Assembly: GCA_041744555.1 (NCBI GenBank)
Contig: JBGTKQ010000146.1
Coordinates: 1 to 58,634, forward strand
Origin: Pyrinomonadaceae bacterium
Lineage (GTDB): Bacteria > Acidobacteriota > Blastocatellia > Pyrinomonadales > Pyrinomonadaceae
DNA: 58,634 bases
Direction of reading: 5' to 3'
Positions 18,743-28,466 of the stretch are shown piece after piece. A program made the translations under genes and the position numbers. Position 1 is the first letter of the stretch. Each line of letters opens with the position of its first letter. The notes beneath the pieces are model-generated. The model worked only from the letters and a program-made list of their open reading frames with translations, made no database searches and was not told the DNA's origin.

Positions 18743-19504
18743 ATGAAGAACTTTTTCGATTTTACTGGCAAGGTCGTTCTTGTGACCGGAGCCTCAAGCG
18801 GTATCGGTCGAGCAACGGCCGAACTTTTCGGCCAATGCGGAGCATCGGTAGCGATAAACTATCTCAAGAACAAAAACGGTGCCGAAGCAGCGGTTGCCGG
18901 AATGCCGAGCGGAAAAGCGATCGCCGTCCAAGCTGATGTCACAAAAGCGGACGACATCGCCCGAATGGTGAGCGAGATCGAGAAAAGTCTCGGGTCGATC
19001 GACGTCCTTGTGAACAACGCCGGTTCTCTTATTGAACGGTTAAAGACTTTAGAACTGACGGTAGATCGCTGGCATGAAGTGATGAATCTCAACGCAACCA
19101 GCGCGTTCTTTGCTGCAAAAGCCGTCGTTCCGAAAATGCTTGAAAAGGGTTCGGGTGTGATCGTGAACGTTACCTCGATCGCCGGTCGAAATGGTGGTGC
19201 TCCCGGTTCGATCCATTATTCGTCCGCAAAGGCCGCAATGCTCACCATGACCAAGGGCTTGGCAAAGGAATTTGCCGCACAAGGCATCCGCGTTAATGCC
19301 GTTTCGCCGGGCGTGATCGACACTCCCTACCACGAAACATTTACCGCCCGCGAAGTCTGGAACAACATGATCAATGTTATTCCTATGGGTCGTGTCGGAC
19401 GTTCGGAAGAGGTCGCAAGCGTGATCGCGTTTCTGGCATCCGACGCTGCAAGTTATCTGTGTGGTGAAACGATCGAGATAAACGGTGGAATGTTAATGGA
19501 TTAG
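18743..19504 (+). CDS. SDR-family oxidoreductase (KduD/DehR-like role inferred from context)
   Basis: TGASSGIGRA cofactor motif, NNAG, catalytic YSSAKAA. Its substrate is not determinable from sequence. Confidence 0.85.
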   Translation: MKNFFDFTGKVVLVTGASSGIGRATAELFGQCGASVAINYLKNKNGAEAAVAGMPSGKAIAVQADVTKADDIARMVSEIEKSLGSIDVLVNNAGSLIERLKTLELTVDRWHEVMNLNATSAFFAAKAVVPKMLEKGSGVIVNVTSIAGRNGGAPGSIHYSSAKAAMLTMTKGLAKEFAAQGIRVNAVSPGVIDTPYHETFTAREVWNNMINVIPMGRVGRSEEVASVIAFLASDAASYLCGETIEINGGMLMD

Positions 19505-19523
19505 TGTTTGACGGGAGATCGAT

Positions 19524-20852
19524 ATGAACAAACTGAATAGATTCTTCAAGTGTGGAATTCTTCTCATCGCTTTTGCAGCGTTTTCAATTGATGTCCTTGG
19601 CCAAGAATCGATCGGGACATTGCAGGTCCGCGTTTCGCTTGACCGGCCGGATTGGAAGTACGAGCTTAACCAGCCGGCAAAATTCACTATCGCGACGACG
19701 CTCAACAACACCCAGACGGCAGGGCTTGCGGTGAAGTATTCTTGCGGTCCGGAAATGATGCCGCCAGTGATCGAAAAGACGGTTACTTCGACTGATCAGC
19801 CGATCGTCGTCGAAAATTCGGGGATGAAGGAACCTGGCTTCTACCGATGTATCGCGACAGTTGAAAAGGAGGGACGGACGTATCGCGGGCTCGCTACGGC
19901 CGGCTATCGGCCCGATCAGATAAAGCCCATCGTAAACGAACCGGAAGATTTCGACACTTTCTGGAATGACGGAAAAACGGCGTTGGCGAAGGTACCGTTG
20001 GACGCCAAGATGGAACTACTTCCGTCGGCAAGCACTTCGACGGTCGATGTCTATCATGTGAGTTTCCAGAACATCGGCTTCGGTGTTACACGTGTAAGTC
20101 GAATTTACGGAATACTTTGCATACCGAAAGGGGCCAGCAAAAAGTATCCTGCATTGCTCCGAGTCCCCGGTGCTGGCGTACGGCCTTATTCGGGTCAGAT
20201 CGCGCTGGCGGAGACGGGTTTGATCACGCTTGAAATCGGGATTCACGGCTTACCGGTCAACCTTCCGCTCGAAGTTTACGATCAGCTTCGGGTCGGAGCT
20301 TTGAATCGATATAACGTTTTTAACCTGCACGATCGCGACGAGTATTATTACCGACGAGTTTTTCTCGGCGTCGTCCGATCAAACGATTTTCTAACTAGCC
20401 TTCCGCAATACGACGGAAAGAATCTAGGCGTGGCAGGGGGCAGTCAAGGCGGCGTTCTCGCCATCGTGACCGCGGCTCTCGATAAACGCGTGAAAGGGCT
20501 TGTTGCTTCTTATCCAGCAATGTCGGATATGGCGGGGTACACAGCGAATCGGGCTGGCGGCTGGCCGCACATGTTTCGCGACGTTAAGACCCGAACAAAA
20601 GAGAATCTTACCACCTCGTCTTACTTTGACGCTGTAAATTTTGCCCGCCGATTAAAGGTCCCCGGCATCTATTCGTGGGGATTCAATGACGAGGTCTGTC
20701 CTCCAACTTCGATGTTCGCGAGCTATAACGTGATCACTTCACCGAAAACGCTCTTGCTCGGCCTTGAGATGGGACATGCGAATTCTCCAGAGCAAGGCGA
20801 ACGGCTGAACGAATGGATAGTAAACGCACTTAAGAACCAGGGAAATCAATAA
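19524..20852 (+). CDS. Secreted acetyl esterase, CE7/AXE1-like, with an N-terminal extra beta-domain
   Basis: Signal peptide. An extra N-terminal domain of about 130 aa. Alpha/beta-hydrolase core with nucleophile motif GGSQGG and C-terminal GHAN. Confidence 0.75.
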   Translation: MNKLNRFFKCGILLIAFAAFSIDVLGQESIGTLQVRVSLDRPDWKYELNQPAKFTIATTLNNTQTAGLAVKYSCGPEMMPPVIEKTVTSTDQPIVVENSGMKEPGFYRCIATVEKEGRTYRGLATAGYRPDQIKPIVNEPEDFDTFWNDGKTALAKVPLDAKMELLPSASTSTVDVYHVSFQNIGFGVTRVSRIYGILCIPKGASKKYPALLRVPGAGVRPYSGQIALAETGLITLEIGIHGLPVNLPLEVYDQLRVGALNRYNVFNLHDRDEYYYRRVFLGVVRSNDFLTSLPQYDGKNLGVAGGSQGGVLAIVTAALDKRVKGLVASYPAMSDMAGYTANRAGGWPHMFRDVKTRTKENLTTSSYFDAVNFARRLKVPGIYSWGFNDEVCPPTSMFASYNVITSPKTLLLGLEMGHANSPEQGERLNEWIVNALKNQGNQ

Positions 20853-20854
20853 TT

Positions 20855-22843
20855 ATGTTCAAGAAGAGATGGACACTACTCATTACTGCATTCCTTTTGA
20901 CCGTCGCTATTTTTGGCCAAGATAAGCAAGAGATTGAGGCGGAAAGGGAAGCAAACGCGAAGCTGAAGGGCGAACATCCGCTCGTCGCTATCGCCAAAAC
21001 GAGACCGTCATCATTGCGAAAGGAACTGGTCGGAGTTCACCCGCGGGTCTTTCTAACGCAGGCAGAGATCGATGCTCTAAAGGACAAAGCGAAAACTCAT
21101 CCCGAGCTGTGGCAGACCGCAGTAGGCCGTGTTCGGGCTCTGGCAACTGAACCGGCAGCGACCCCGGCACAGGAACGCCGTGTGCAGAACGAGGTCGGTA
21201 TCGGCATCGCAGAGGCTGCATTTGCTTACAAGATCACCGGCGAGAAGAAATATCTCGACGCGGCGAAGAAATACATTGACGCGGGAATCAGCTACGACGT
21301 TTGGGGTTATACATACAACAAACCAAATGTGGATCTAGCTGCCGGACATTTGCTCTACGGAATGGGTTGGGGATATGACCTGTTGTATCACGATCTTACG
21401 CCTGCAGAACGAACTCGTATCCGTGAAAAATTGGTCAAGCAGGCGAAGCTGCTTCATGAGTTTTTTAAGCCAAAAAGCAGCAAGACGTACGCTTACAGCC
21501 AGAATCATACCTTCATTCCGATCTCAGGTCTGGCGGTAGCGGCGTATGCCCTAATAGATGAAGTGCCGGAGGCAAAAGAATGGGCGGCAGATTCACGTGC
21601 GGTCTTTGATCGGGTACTCGCAACATTAGGTGAAGATGGCTATTTCTACGAGAGCATGGAGTACTGGATATTCTCAATGCCGTGGATCATCCATTATATG
21701 GATGCCCACGAAAAGTCGACTGGCGAAGATCTGTATCAAGGATTGGCAGGGATCAAGAACGCGCACAAATTTCTTGCACACATAACGTTGCCGGGCGGCG
21801 AGTTCAACTTCGACTACGGCGACATCTACGCCGGGCCCATAACTCGGGCTCGGAAAGGCAACGACTACGAACGTGAGCGTATTGACGGTAAGTTTCGAAC
21901 GAACTACAACATTCTCTACAATCTGGCGACACGATACGGAAGCGGAGAGGCTCAGGGCGTTGCGGATTGGGTGAAATCGAAGGGACAAGTGAATGCAGAG
22001 GAGATGTGGACATTCATTTGGTACAACCCAAAGATCAAGGCGGTGTCAATAGACGACCAGCCAGCTTATCATTGGTTCAAAGATCATGGTGTCGTGTTTT
22101 GGCGGTCGTCCTGGAATGATGATGCGACTGCCTGGTCGTTCAAAGCCGGACCGCCCGAAGGCCATGCGGCGACAGAAAAGGTTAAAGCATTTCCTGATTG
22201 GCGTTTGTCTAGCGGCCATGCTCATCCCGACGCAGGTGGTTTCATCATTTGGTCTAAGGGCCGATACCTAACCGGAGATTCGGGTTACGCCGGTGTGCCG
22301 CTAACCGAACACCACAACACGGTCGTATTTGCCGGCCGCGGCCAGGCTAAAGAAGGAAAAGGCCACGATGCATTCGCGGGTGTTTCTTATGATCTGATGA
22401 ATCAGATCCGAGTTACGGAAGTTAAGTTCGAAAAGAGGAAAGTTTCGATCACTGCAGATCTTAAGACCGCATATGAGCCTGAGGTCGGAGTCGAGCGATT
22501 TGTGAGGAAGTTCTCGTTTATCGCACCTGGCGAGTTTTTACTGGAGGACGACATCGAAATGACTAAAGCCAAGAAGATCACATCGTATCTACACAGCGAC
22601 ACGTCAATCGTTAAACACGACTGCGGCTTCGAATTCGAGACCGGCAAACCCAGTCTGATCGCTGAGGTGCTTGAACCGAAGAATCTCGAATCAGTGATCG
22701 AGAAAAACATTCTTACGGCTCCGGGCCGTCCGGGTAGCGTCGATAAGGGCGAACGCGAAGAGCGAGGCATGCGCTTGGCATTGACTACGAAAGGCAAAAC
22801 AAAGGCGGCTCGTATTGTTGTGAAGATGAAAATTAACGATTAG
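20855..22843 (+). CDS. Heparinase II/III-family polysaccharide lyase (DUF4962 + Hepar_II_III-like)
   Basis: Signal peptide, an alpha-toroid N-half and the Hepar_II_III block GHAHPDAGGFIIWSKGRYLTGDSGY. Confidence 0.8.
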   Translation: MFKKRWTLLITAFLLTVAIFGQDKQEIEAEREANAKLKGEHPLVAIAKTRPSSLRKELVGVHPRVFLTQAEIDALKDKAKTHPELWQTAVGRVRALATEPAATPAQERRVQNEVGIGIAEAAFAYKITGEKKYLDAAKKYIDAGISYDVWGYTYNKPNVDLAAGHLLYGMGWGYDLLYHDLTPAERTRIREKLVKQAKLLHEFFKPKSSKTYAYSQNHTFIPISGLAVAAYALIDEVPEAKEWAADSRAVFDRVLATLGEDGYFYESMEYWIFSMPWIIHYMDAHEKSTGEDLYQGLAGIKNAHKFLAHITLPGGEFNFDYGDIYAGPITRARKGNDYERERIDGKFRTNYNILYNLATRYGSGEAQGVADWVKSKGQVNAEEMWTFIWYNPKIKAVSIDDQPAYHWFKDHGVVFWRSSWNDDATAWSFKAGPPEGHAATEKVKAFPDWRLSSGHAHPDAGGFIIWSKGRYLTGDSGYAGVPLTEHHNTVVFAGRGQAKEGKGHDAFAGVSYDLMNQIRVTEVKFEKRKVSITADLKTAYEPEVGVERFVRKFSFIAPGEFLLEDDIEMTKAKKITSYLHSDTSIVKHDCGFEFETGKPSLIAEVLEPKNLESVIEKNILTAPGRPGSVDKGEREERGMRLALTTKGKTKAARIVVKMKIND

Positions 22844-23340
22844 TCCAGATCGTCTGGAGCGGGGTCTTCGGCGGTTTCGAGCTCGTCGATCGTCGCCGAG
22901 TCGTCCGTGCGAATCAAGAATTTTCGGACGAGAAAACTGTCTGCATAGACGAGACCAGCGAATCCAGCACAAAGTGCAATTGCCAGAAATGGCGAAAGAT
23001 AAGCGGTCAGTTCCGGAGCGAAACCATTATCGCGGAGGAAAGTTATTGATATGATCGGAAGTAGAAAACCGATCGACAAAACAAAAAGGCAGAAATAGCC
23101 GACCGTTGACCACAATGTCCAACTCTGACTTGTACGGATCAAGTGAATATTTGCAAGGATCAGAAGTATCGCAGTTGTTATCCAGAGAATGTACCACGCC
23201 AAGCTGCGAAAATATTCATAGCCTGCGAATGCATCAGCCGGAACGGTTATGCTGCCGAGCCAGCTAGCCGAGTAGTAAACGACGAAACCGAGGACAAAAA
23301 GAAACACTAACGAACAGGCAATATATACTTTTGTCCACAT
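22840..23340 (-). CDS. Hypothetical membrane protein (4 TM, acidic C-terminal tail)
   Basis: Four hydrophobic segments. I recognise no family. Its 3' end overlaps the convergent lyase gene by 4 nt. Confidence 0.5.
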   Translation of the reverse strand: MWTKVYIACSLVFLFVLGFVVYYSASWLGSITVPADAFAGYEYFRSLAWYILWITTAILLILANIHLIRTSQSWTLWSTVGYFCLFVLSIGFLLPIISITFLRDNGFAPELTAYLSPFLAIALCAGFAGLVYADSFLVRKFLIRTDDSATIDELETAEDPAPDDLD

Positions 23341-23397
23341 AGGATTGTACTCAACCGGCTCGGTCTTTCATCACAAAGGTGATGATCCTAAATTCCA

Positions 23398-24906
23398 CTA
23401 TCTTGGACGTACCGTCACGTAGGCTGTTTGTCCGCGTCTTGTGATCAGCAGCAAAACGGGCTTCCCGCCGGATCCGTCGAGCGCCGTTTGAACTTGTTCC
23501 GCAGAACTAACTGCACGCCGATTCACTTCCAAGATCACGTCGCCGCGGGTAATACCCGATTCAGCACCGGGGCCGGATTCGTCGACTCCGGTAACGACCA
23601 CGCCTTCATTTGCGTTAGTCAAGCCAAGTTCTTTAGCGACCTGCGGTGAGACCGGTTGAAGCGTCAAACCAAGCTTTCCGCTCGAAGGCTCAGCACCGTT
23701 AGGAGCGGCTCCGGGCTGTTGATCATTAGATGCAGTATCCGATTCAAACTCATCGAGCGTTACATTCAATTCAACCGGTTGACCTTCCCGCAGAACAGTA
23801 ATCTTTATCTCTGTACCCGGCAAGGTTCCGGCGACCTTGTTGCGCAGAATATTTCCATCATCGATCTTATCGCCGTTGATCGCTGTGATAATATCGCCGC
23901 GTTTCACACCTGCTTTTTCAGCCGCACTGCCGGCTCTGACATTGCTTACAAGAACTCCGGAGACGTCCTGTAATTCGAGGGCTTGTGCCGTTTCAGCCGT
24001 AATGTTTTGAATATTTACGCCCAACATGCCGCGGCGAACACGTCCGTCCTTCAAGAGTTGCTCCATCACCGTACGGGACATATTCGACGGGATCGCAAAC
24101 CCGATACCAATATTTCCACCCGAGGGTCCACCGGCCAGTATCTGTGAGTTAATGCCGATCAATTCGGCATTAAGACTAACCAAAGCACCGCCGGAATTGC
24201 CTCGGTTTATCGGTGCATCGGTCTGCAAGAAATCTTCAAATGAATCGTTCCCGCCATAGCTCAATCCGGTTCGTCGGCCTTTTGCGGAAATGATCCCGGC
24301 GGTAACCGTCTGTCCAATTCCCAACGGGTTTCCGATCGCGAGCACAATGTCCCCAACTCTTACTGAGTCAGAATTCCCAAGCGTCAGGAAAGGAAGATTC
24401 TGTGCCTCGATCTTAAGTACAGCGAGGTCGCTCGGTCGATCAGAACCTACGACCTTTGCCTCGAACGATTTATTGTCGTTCATCCGAACCGTGATCTTTT
24501 CGGCGCCGTCGATCACATGTGCGTTGGTCAAGATCGTGCCGTCCGCACTAACCAGCACGCCCGAGCCCATTCCGCGTTCGACCGGAGCCCGCTGACCGCC
24601 ACGCGGCTGAGGCATTTGCCGGAAAAAATCTTCGAGCGGATTCTGCCCCTGCGGAGCTTCGCCTTGAGTTGGCTGAGCTGGCCGATTTCTGGATTCTGCG
24701 TCGATCCTGACGACCGCGGCGGACGTTCGCTCCACAACATCGGCATACGAAGTGCGAACACCATCAACGGCGAGCGGAGTTTGTGGTGCCGGTGGCTGAT
24801 CCGGGATCGGAGGAATAGCTTCGCTTCCAAAAAGGCCCGTGCTGCAGGCTGAAGAAACGGCAACCGTCGCCGCTAGTGTGAAAGATAAGAACGTTCTGTT
24901 AATCAT
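23398..24906 (-). CDS. Periplasmic serine endoprotease, HtrA/DegP/DegQ family (two PDZ domains)
   Basis: Catalytic motifs TNAHVI and GNSGGAL, followed by two PDZ-like segments. Confidence 0.92.
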   Translation of the reverse strand: MINRTFLSFTLAATVAVSSACSTGLFGSEAIPPIPDQPPAPQTPLAVDGVRTSYADVVERTSAAVVRIDAESRNRPAQPTQGEAPQGQNPLEDFFRQMPQPRGGQRAPVERGMGSGVLVSADGTILTNAHVIDGAEKITVRMNDNKSFEAKVVGSDRPSDLAVLKIEAQNLPFLTLGNSDSVRVGDIVLAIGNPLGIGQTVTAGIISAKGRRTGLSYGGNDSFEDFLQTDAPINRGNSGGALVSLNAELIGINSQILAGGPSGGNIGIGFAIPSNMSRTVMEQLLKDGRVRRGMLGVNIQNITAETAQALELQDVSGVLVSNVRAGSAAEKAGVKRGDIITAINGDKIDDGNILRNKVAGTLPGTEIKITVLREGQPVELNVTLDEFESDTASNDQQPGAAPNGAEPSSGKLGLTLQPVSPQVAKELGLTNANEGVVVTGVDESGPGAESGITRGDVILEVNRRAVSSAEQVQTALDGSGGKPVLLLITRRGQTAYVTVRPR

Positions 24907-25019
24907 TGCTTTAAAACTCCAAGAAGGTCGATAAACCAGATTTTACTGTATCGACGACGCAAATCAAATAATTCACCAAGCTTTACGCCTTTTTGGATCG
25001 GAAAGTTCGCCCAATAGTG

Positions 25020-25928
25020 CTAACCACGGGCAACACGCGGAAGCGAGTCGGCAAAGATATAGGAAAGGGTCTTGTAGACCAGCTTTGAACAGAGAAACGC
25101 AGGAGAATCATAGTTCTCAAAATAGGAATACTCGACCAGATCCATTCCGACAATACGCTTCTTTTCAGCCAATTTCTTGATCAATGCAAGCGTTTCGTAC
25201 CAACCAAGACCGCCGGGTTCCGGTGTGCCGGTGGTCGGGACGATACTGGGATCAAGCCCGTCAATATCTATCGTCAAATAAACACTTTCAGTGAGAGAAT
25301 CGACCGCTTCTTCTATCCAATCGGTCTTGCCAACAATATCTCTTGCCCAAAATATTTTAGTCGGAATTCCTGTTTCGATCAGCCTTGCCTCGTCCGCCGA
25401 GATCGAACGAATACCGACTTGAACGGATGGAATGCGCAGATCTTTGACGACGCGAGCCATTATCGAAGCATGAGAATGCGGAGTGCCATCGTAAGTATCG
25501 CGAAGGTCTGCATGGGCGTCGATCTGCAAAACGCTGAGATCGTGAAACTTTTCAGCATGTGCCTTAATTATTGGCGCAGATACCGAATGTTCACCACCGA
25601 GCATGCAGATCAATTTATCGAACTTCAGCAATTCGACAGTTCGATCGTAAAGTCCGTTCATCATCGCTTCCGGCGTTTCACGCGGAGTAAATTCTTCGAG
25701 CGTATGGATACCGACGCGGTAGGTTTCCGTGTCGGTTTCTTCATCATAAAGTTCCATATTGCGTGAAGCATTTACGATCGCCATCGCACCGGCGCCCGTC
25801 CCGGTCCCATAAGAAACCGTGCCCTCATAGGAAACCGGCCAGACCAGTACACGGGCAGAATCGAACGACGAAAATTCCGCTTCGTCGATGCCGCCATAAT
25901 TCATTGGAAGTTCTGAAGATTGACTCAT
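25020..25928 (-). CDS. speB: Agmatinase (arginase/ureohydrolase family)
   Basis: Mn-binding motifs GGEHS, DAHADL, IDIDGLDP. Confidence 0.85.
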   Translation of the reverse strand: MSQSSELPMNYGGIDEAEFSSFDSARVLVWPVSYEGTVSYGTGTGAGAMAIVNASRNMELYDEETDTETYRVGIHTLEEFTPRETPEAMMNGLYDRTVELLKFDKLICMLGGEHSVSAPIIKAHAEKFHDLSVLQIDAHADLRDTYDGTPHSHASIMARVVKDLRIPSVQVGIRSISADEARLIETGIPTKIFWARDIVGKTDWIEEAVDSLTESVYLTIDIDGLDPSIVPTTGTPEPGGLGWYETLALIKKLAEKKRIVGMDLVEYSYFENYDSPAFLCSKLVYKTLSYIFADSLPRVARG

Positions 25929-26299
25929 AAGTACAGTTTCAGTCGTTGGCTTAACATTTTCAAGTTCAACTTGGTATTGGTCTCTATGCTAGGTCGACCA
26001 TCCAACCCGTTGCGAGAATGAATAATCTTGCTTCGCAGTCAGAATGTTCTCTTGCGCAAATAAATGAATACAGGCATACTTCCACTTGTTCTGCTCTCGG
26101 TAGTGTCTTGGCAGACACGATCTTCCGGAAGTCTTAGCGACATTTCTCGGTTCGGTTTGGAGAGTTCGATTTTTGTCAGTTTGGAAGCGTTTGATTTTTT
26201 TGGTCGGAGCCTGTCGCTGAACAACCGGAGGTCGTCGCAACGATTTCTCCACCTATCCTGCCTTTTGCTTCCCATCACACAGGAAAATAATAGAGGAAA

Positions 26300-26647
26300 A
26301 TGAGTAATAAACTTTATGTTGGAAACTTGTCGTTTCGAGTGACAAGTGATGATCTGCAGGAGCATTTTGGCACTGCGGGTGAAGTGGAGTCGGCGAACAT
26401 AGTCATGGACCGCGAGACCGGCCGTTCGCGTGGTTTCGGTTTTGTCGAAATGGCGTCGGAAGATGCAGCAAACAATGCGATCGCTCAATTCAACGGTGCC
26501 GAATACGATGGCCGAAACATGGTCGTTAACGAAGCACGCCCGCGTGAAGATCGCGGTAATGGCGGTGGCGGTGGAAATCGTCGCGGAGGATACGGCGGCG
26601 GACGCGGTGGAGGCGAAGGCGACTATGGCGGAGGCGACCGCTGGTAA
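26300..26647 (+). CDS. RRM-type RNA-binding protein with Gly/Arg-rich tail
   Basis: RNP-2 LYVGNL, RNP-1 RGFGFVEM, C-terminal GNGGGGGNRRGGYGGGRGGG. Confidence 0.93.
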   Translation: MSNKLYVGNLSFRVTSDDLQEHFGTAGEVESANIVMDRETGRSRGFGFVEMASEDAANNAIAQFNGAEYDGRNMVVNEARPREDRGNGGGGGNRRGGYGGGRGGGEGDYGGGDRW

Positions 26648-26667
26648 TTTGTTCGTATCAGTTAGAA

Positions 26668-26698
26668 ATAGCCGGTGTCGAGATCGAGCATCGGCTAT
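26668..26698. terminator. Hairpin between convergent genes (possible bidirectional terminator)
   Basis: ATAGCCG (26668-26674) pairs with CGGCTAT (26692-26698). It sits between the rbp stop (26647) and the PBP4 stop (26725). The T-runs are weak on both strands. Confidence 0.35.
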
Positions 26699-26724
26699 AA
26701 CTTTGTCAATTTGAACGTATTTCC

Positions 26725-28278
26725 TTAGTTGTTTTCGGTCTTGCCATTAAAATTCGCGAGCATTACCACGATCTCATCGATCAGACCTACACGTGTCCGT
26801 GTTTCCCCTACACCATTTACTATCATCGAAAAGACCAGTTGCTCGCCACCCGCAGTTGTCATATAACCAGAAAGTGCTGAGACTTGGTTTATCGTTCCGG
26901 TCTTGCCGCGAAAATTCGCTTCGCCGCGTGTTCCCTTGAAACGGTTACGTAGCGTTCCGTCAACGCCACCGATCGTTAGGCTATCGCGCCAGGATTGTGC
27001 AAATCGGCTCCGCGTTCCCATGTAGGTATAGAGCTGGACGACGGACGAAGGTGTGATCAGGTTGTGCCGCGACAAACCGCTTCCGTCGTACTGCATCACT
27101 GAATCTTCGGGCACACCGATCTCTTTCAAAAAACTCTTGACGGCCGCGATGCCCAATTGGGCACTTGTTTGATCGGAACCCGGCCTCGTCGTTGCCTTCT
27201 TTCTTTCTTCCTCGCCAAGCGTCCAAAGCAGAACTTCGGTGTACATATTTTGACTTGGCTTCATCGTTTTTGCCGCGATCAAAGCAAGCGGCGGCGATTC
27301 TATCCGGGCGATCTCGGTCTGAGCGATGGCTGTGCTCGACATTCCATCTGGTATCGCACGGCCATTTCCTTTGACGACTACGCCTTTTTCTTGCAGCCTT
27401 TGTTTCAGCATTGAGGCGAATAGGTCGGCCGGTCTGGAAACAGTTACGTTGTTACTGAATCCATCGTTTCCAACCGGCAGGTTTCCCGATAATTCGATCA
27501 AATTCTCGCCGATCTTTTTTTCAACACGAAGAGTTCTAGTCGTGCCTGCGGCCGTAGTTATACAGCGATTATTAACTCGAAAAATAAAGTTTAGAGGAAG
27601 GATCTTTGCGGAGCACTGCATGCCGACCGAGGACGGCATTACCCTTAAAGAGATCGCATTGTCGTTGATCGGCAAAGCCGAAACCTCTGCGCCGTAATAC
27701 CATTGAAGATCATCCCATTCCCAACCGGTCGGAATCGGAGAACCCTTGAAATAAGAGTCGTCACCAATAATACCGCCATCGATCTTTTTAACGCCGGCTT
27801 GCATTAACGCGTCGGCGAGTCGGTCGATCCCTTTGAATCTATCGTCTTCGTTGAAAGAATACGATATGGAAACGTCTCCGACACCGCGAACGTAGAGATC
27901 GCCCTTGACGGTCCCATCTGCTTCAGGCTTTGCAGCGGCGAGGACAGTGGTGATGAAACGGTAATCAGGCGTCAGCTTTTCGAGAGCGGTCGCCACCGTA
28001 TAATTCTTCATATTTGAAGCCGGCATGAAATACTTTTCAGCGTTTTCCTCGACAAGAACTTTTCCGGAAGAGAGCGATACGACCTTCAAGCCAATGTTTC
28101 CACGGCGGACTGACGGCGAAGCGAGTCTTTCTCGAATGCGGGTTTGGAGTTCGGCAACGGTCGTACCCGATCTTGAGTCGATCGTCGCAGCGTGTTGAGC
28201 AAACGATGTCGAAGCAAGTAAAAGGGGAACCATTAAGGCATTTGAAATAATGAACGACGGCACAGACGATTTTTTCAT
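26725..28278 (-). CDS. dacB: D-alanyl-D-alanine carboxypeptidase/endopeptidase, PBP4 (peptidase S13)
   Basis: Signal peptide, active-site SxxK as ASNMK, and length and blocks typical of PBP4. Confidence 0.85.
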   Translation of the reverse strand: MKKSSVPSFIISNALMVPLLLASTSFAQHAATIDSRSGTTVAELQTRIRERLASPSVRRGNIGLKVVSLSSGKVLVEENAEKYFMPASNMKNYTVATALEKLTPDYRFITTVLAAAKPEADGTVKGDLYVRGVGDVSISYSFNEDDRFKGIDRLADALMQAGVKKIDGGIIGDDSYFKGSPIPTGWEWDDLQWYYGAEVSALPINDNAISLRVMPSSVGMQCSAKILPLNFIFRVNNRCITTAAGTTRTLRVEKKIGENLIELSGNLPVGNDGFSNNVTVSRPADLFASMLKQRLQEKGVVVKGNGRAIPDGMSSTAIAQTEIARIESPPLALIAAKTMKPSQNMYTEVLLWTLGEEERKKATTRPGSDQTSAQLGIAAVKSFLKEIGVPEDSVMQYDGSGLSRHNLITPSSVVQLYTYMGTRSRFAQSWRDSLTIGGVDGTLRNRFKGTRGEANFRGKTGTINQVSALSGYMTTAGGEQLVFSMIVNGVGETRTRVGLIDEIVVMLANFNGKTENN

Positions 28279-28466
28279 GTTGAAAATAATAACTGATATT
28301 TCTTATTTTTCGGAAGCCGTTAGCTTCATCAAATCCATCGCGTTCCCGATTCTTTATTGAGCCATTGGGTGGGCAATGTTATAATCGGAGATTGCTGATC
28401 AGACGCACGGTGATGTGCTTTGGATCGACCATCCCTTACGTTTCAACTCAAGGAGTCTCTATTTTG

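Noticed and set aside
25989-26488. ORFs 25989..26252(-) and 26039..26488(-) in the long spacer upstream of rbp.
   Set aside because: They overlap each other and run into the rbp coding region. Their composition is Arg/Ser-rich with no motifs, RBS or signal logic. The region is treated as non-coding leader.
26555-26640. A GGN-rich simple-sequence tract.
   Set aside because: It encodes the Gly/Arg-rich tail of the RRM protein in frame. It is not a non-coding microsatellite.
28365-28466. The ORF-track start at 28365 for CCP paralogue 1.
   Set aside because: The extension MGGQCYNRRLLIRRTVMCFG... precedes the obvious signal anchor and has no RBS. The ATG at 28467 has AAGGAG 11 nt upstream and matches the N-terminus of paralogue 2.
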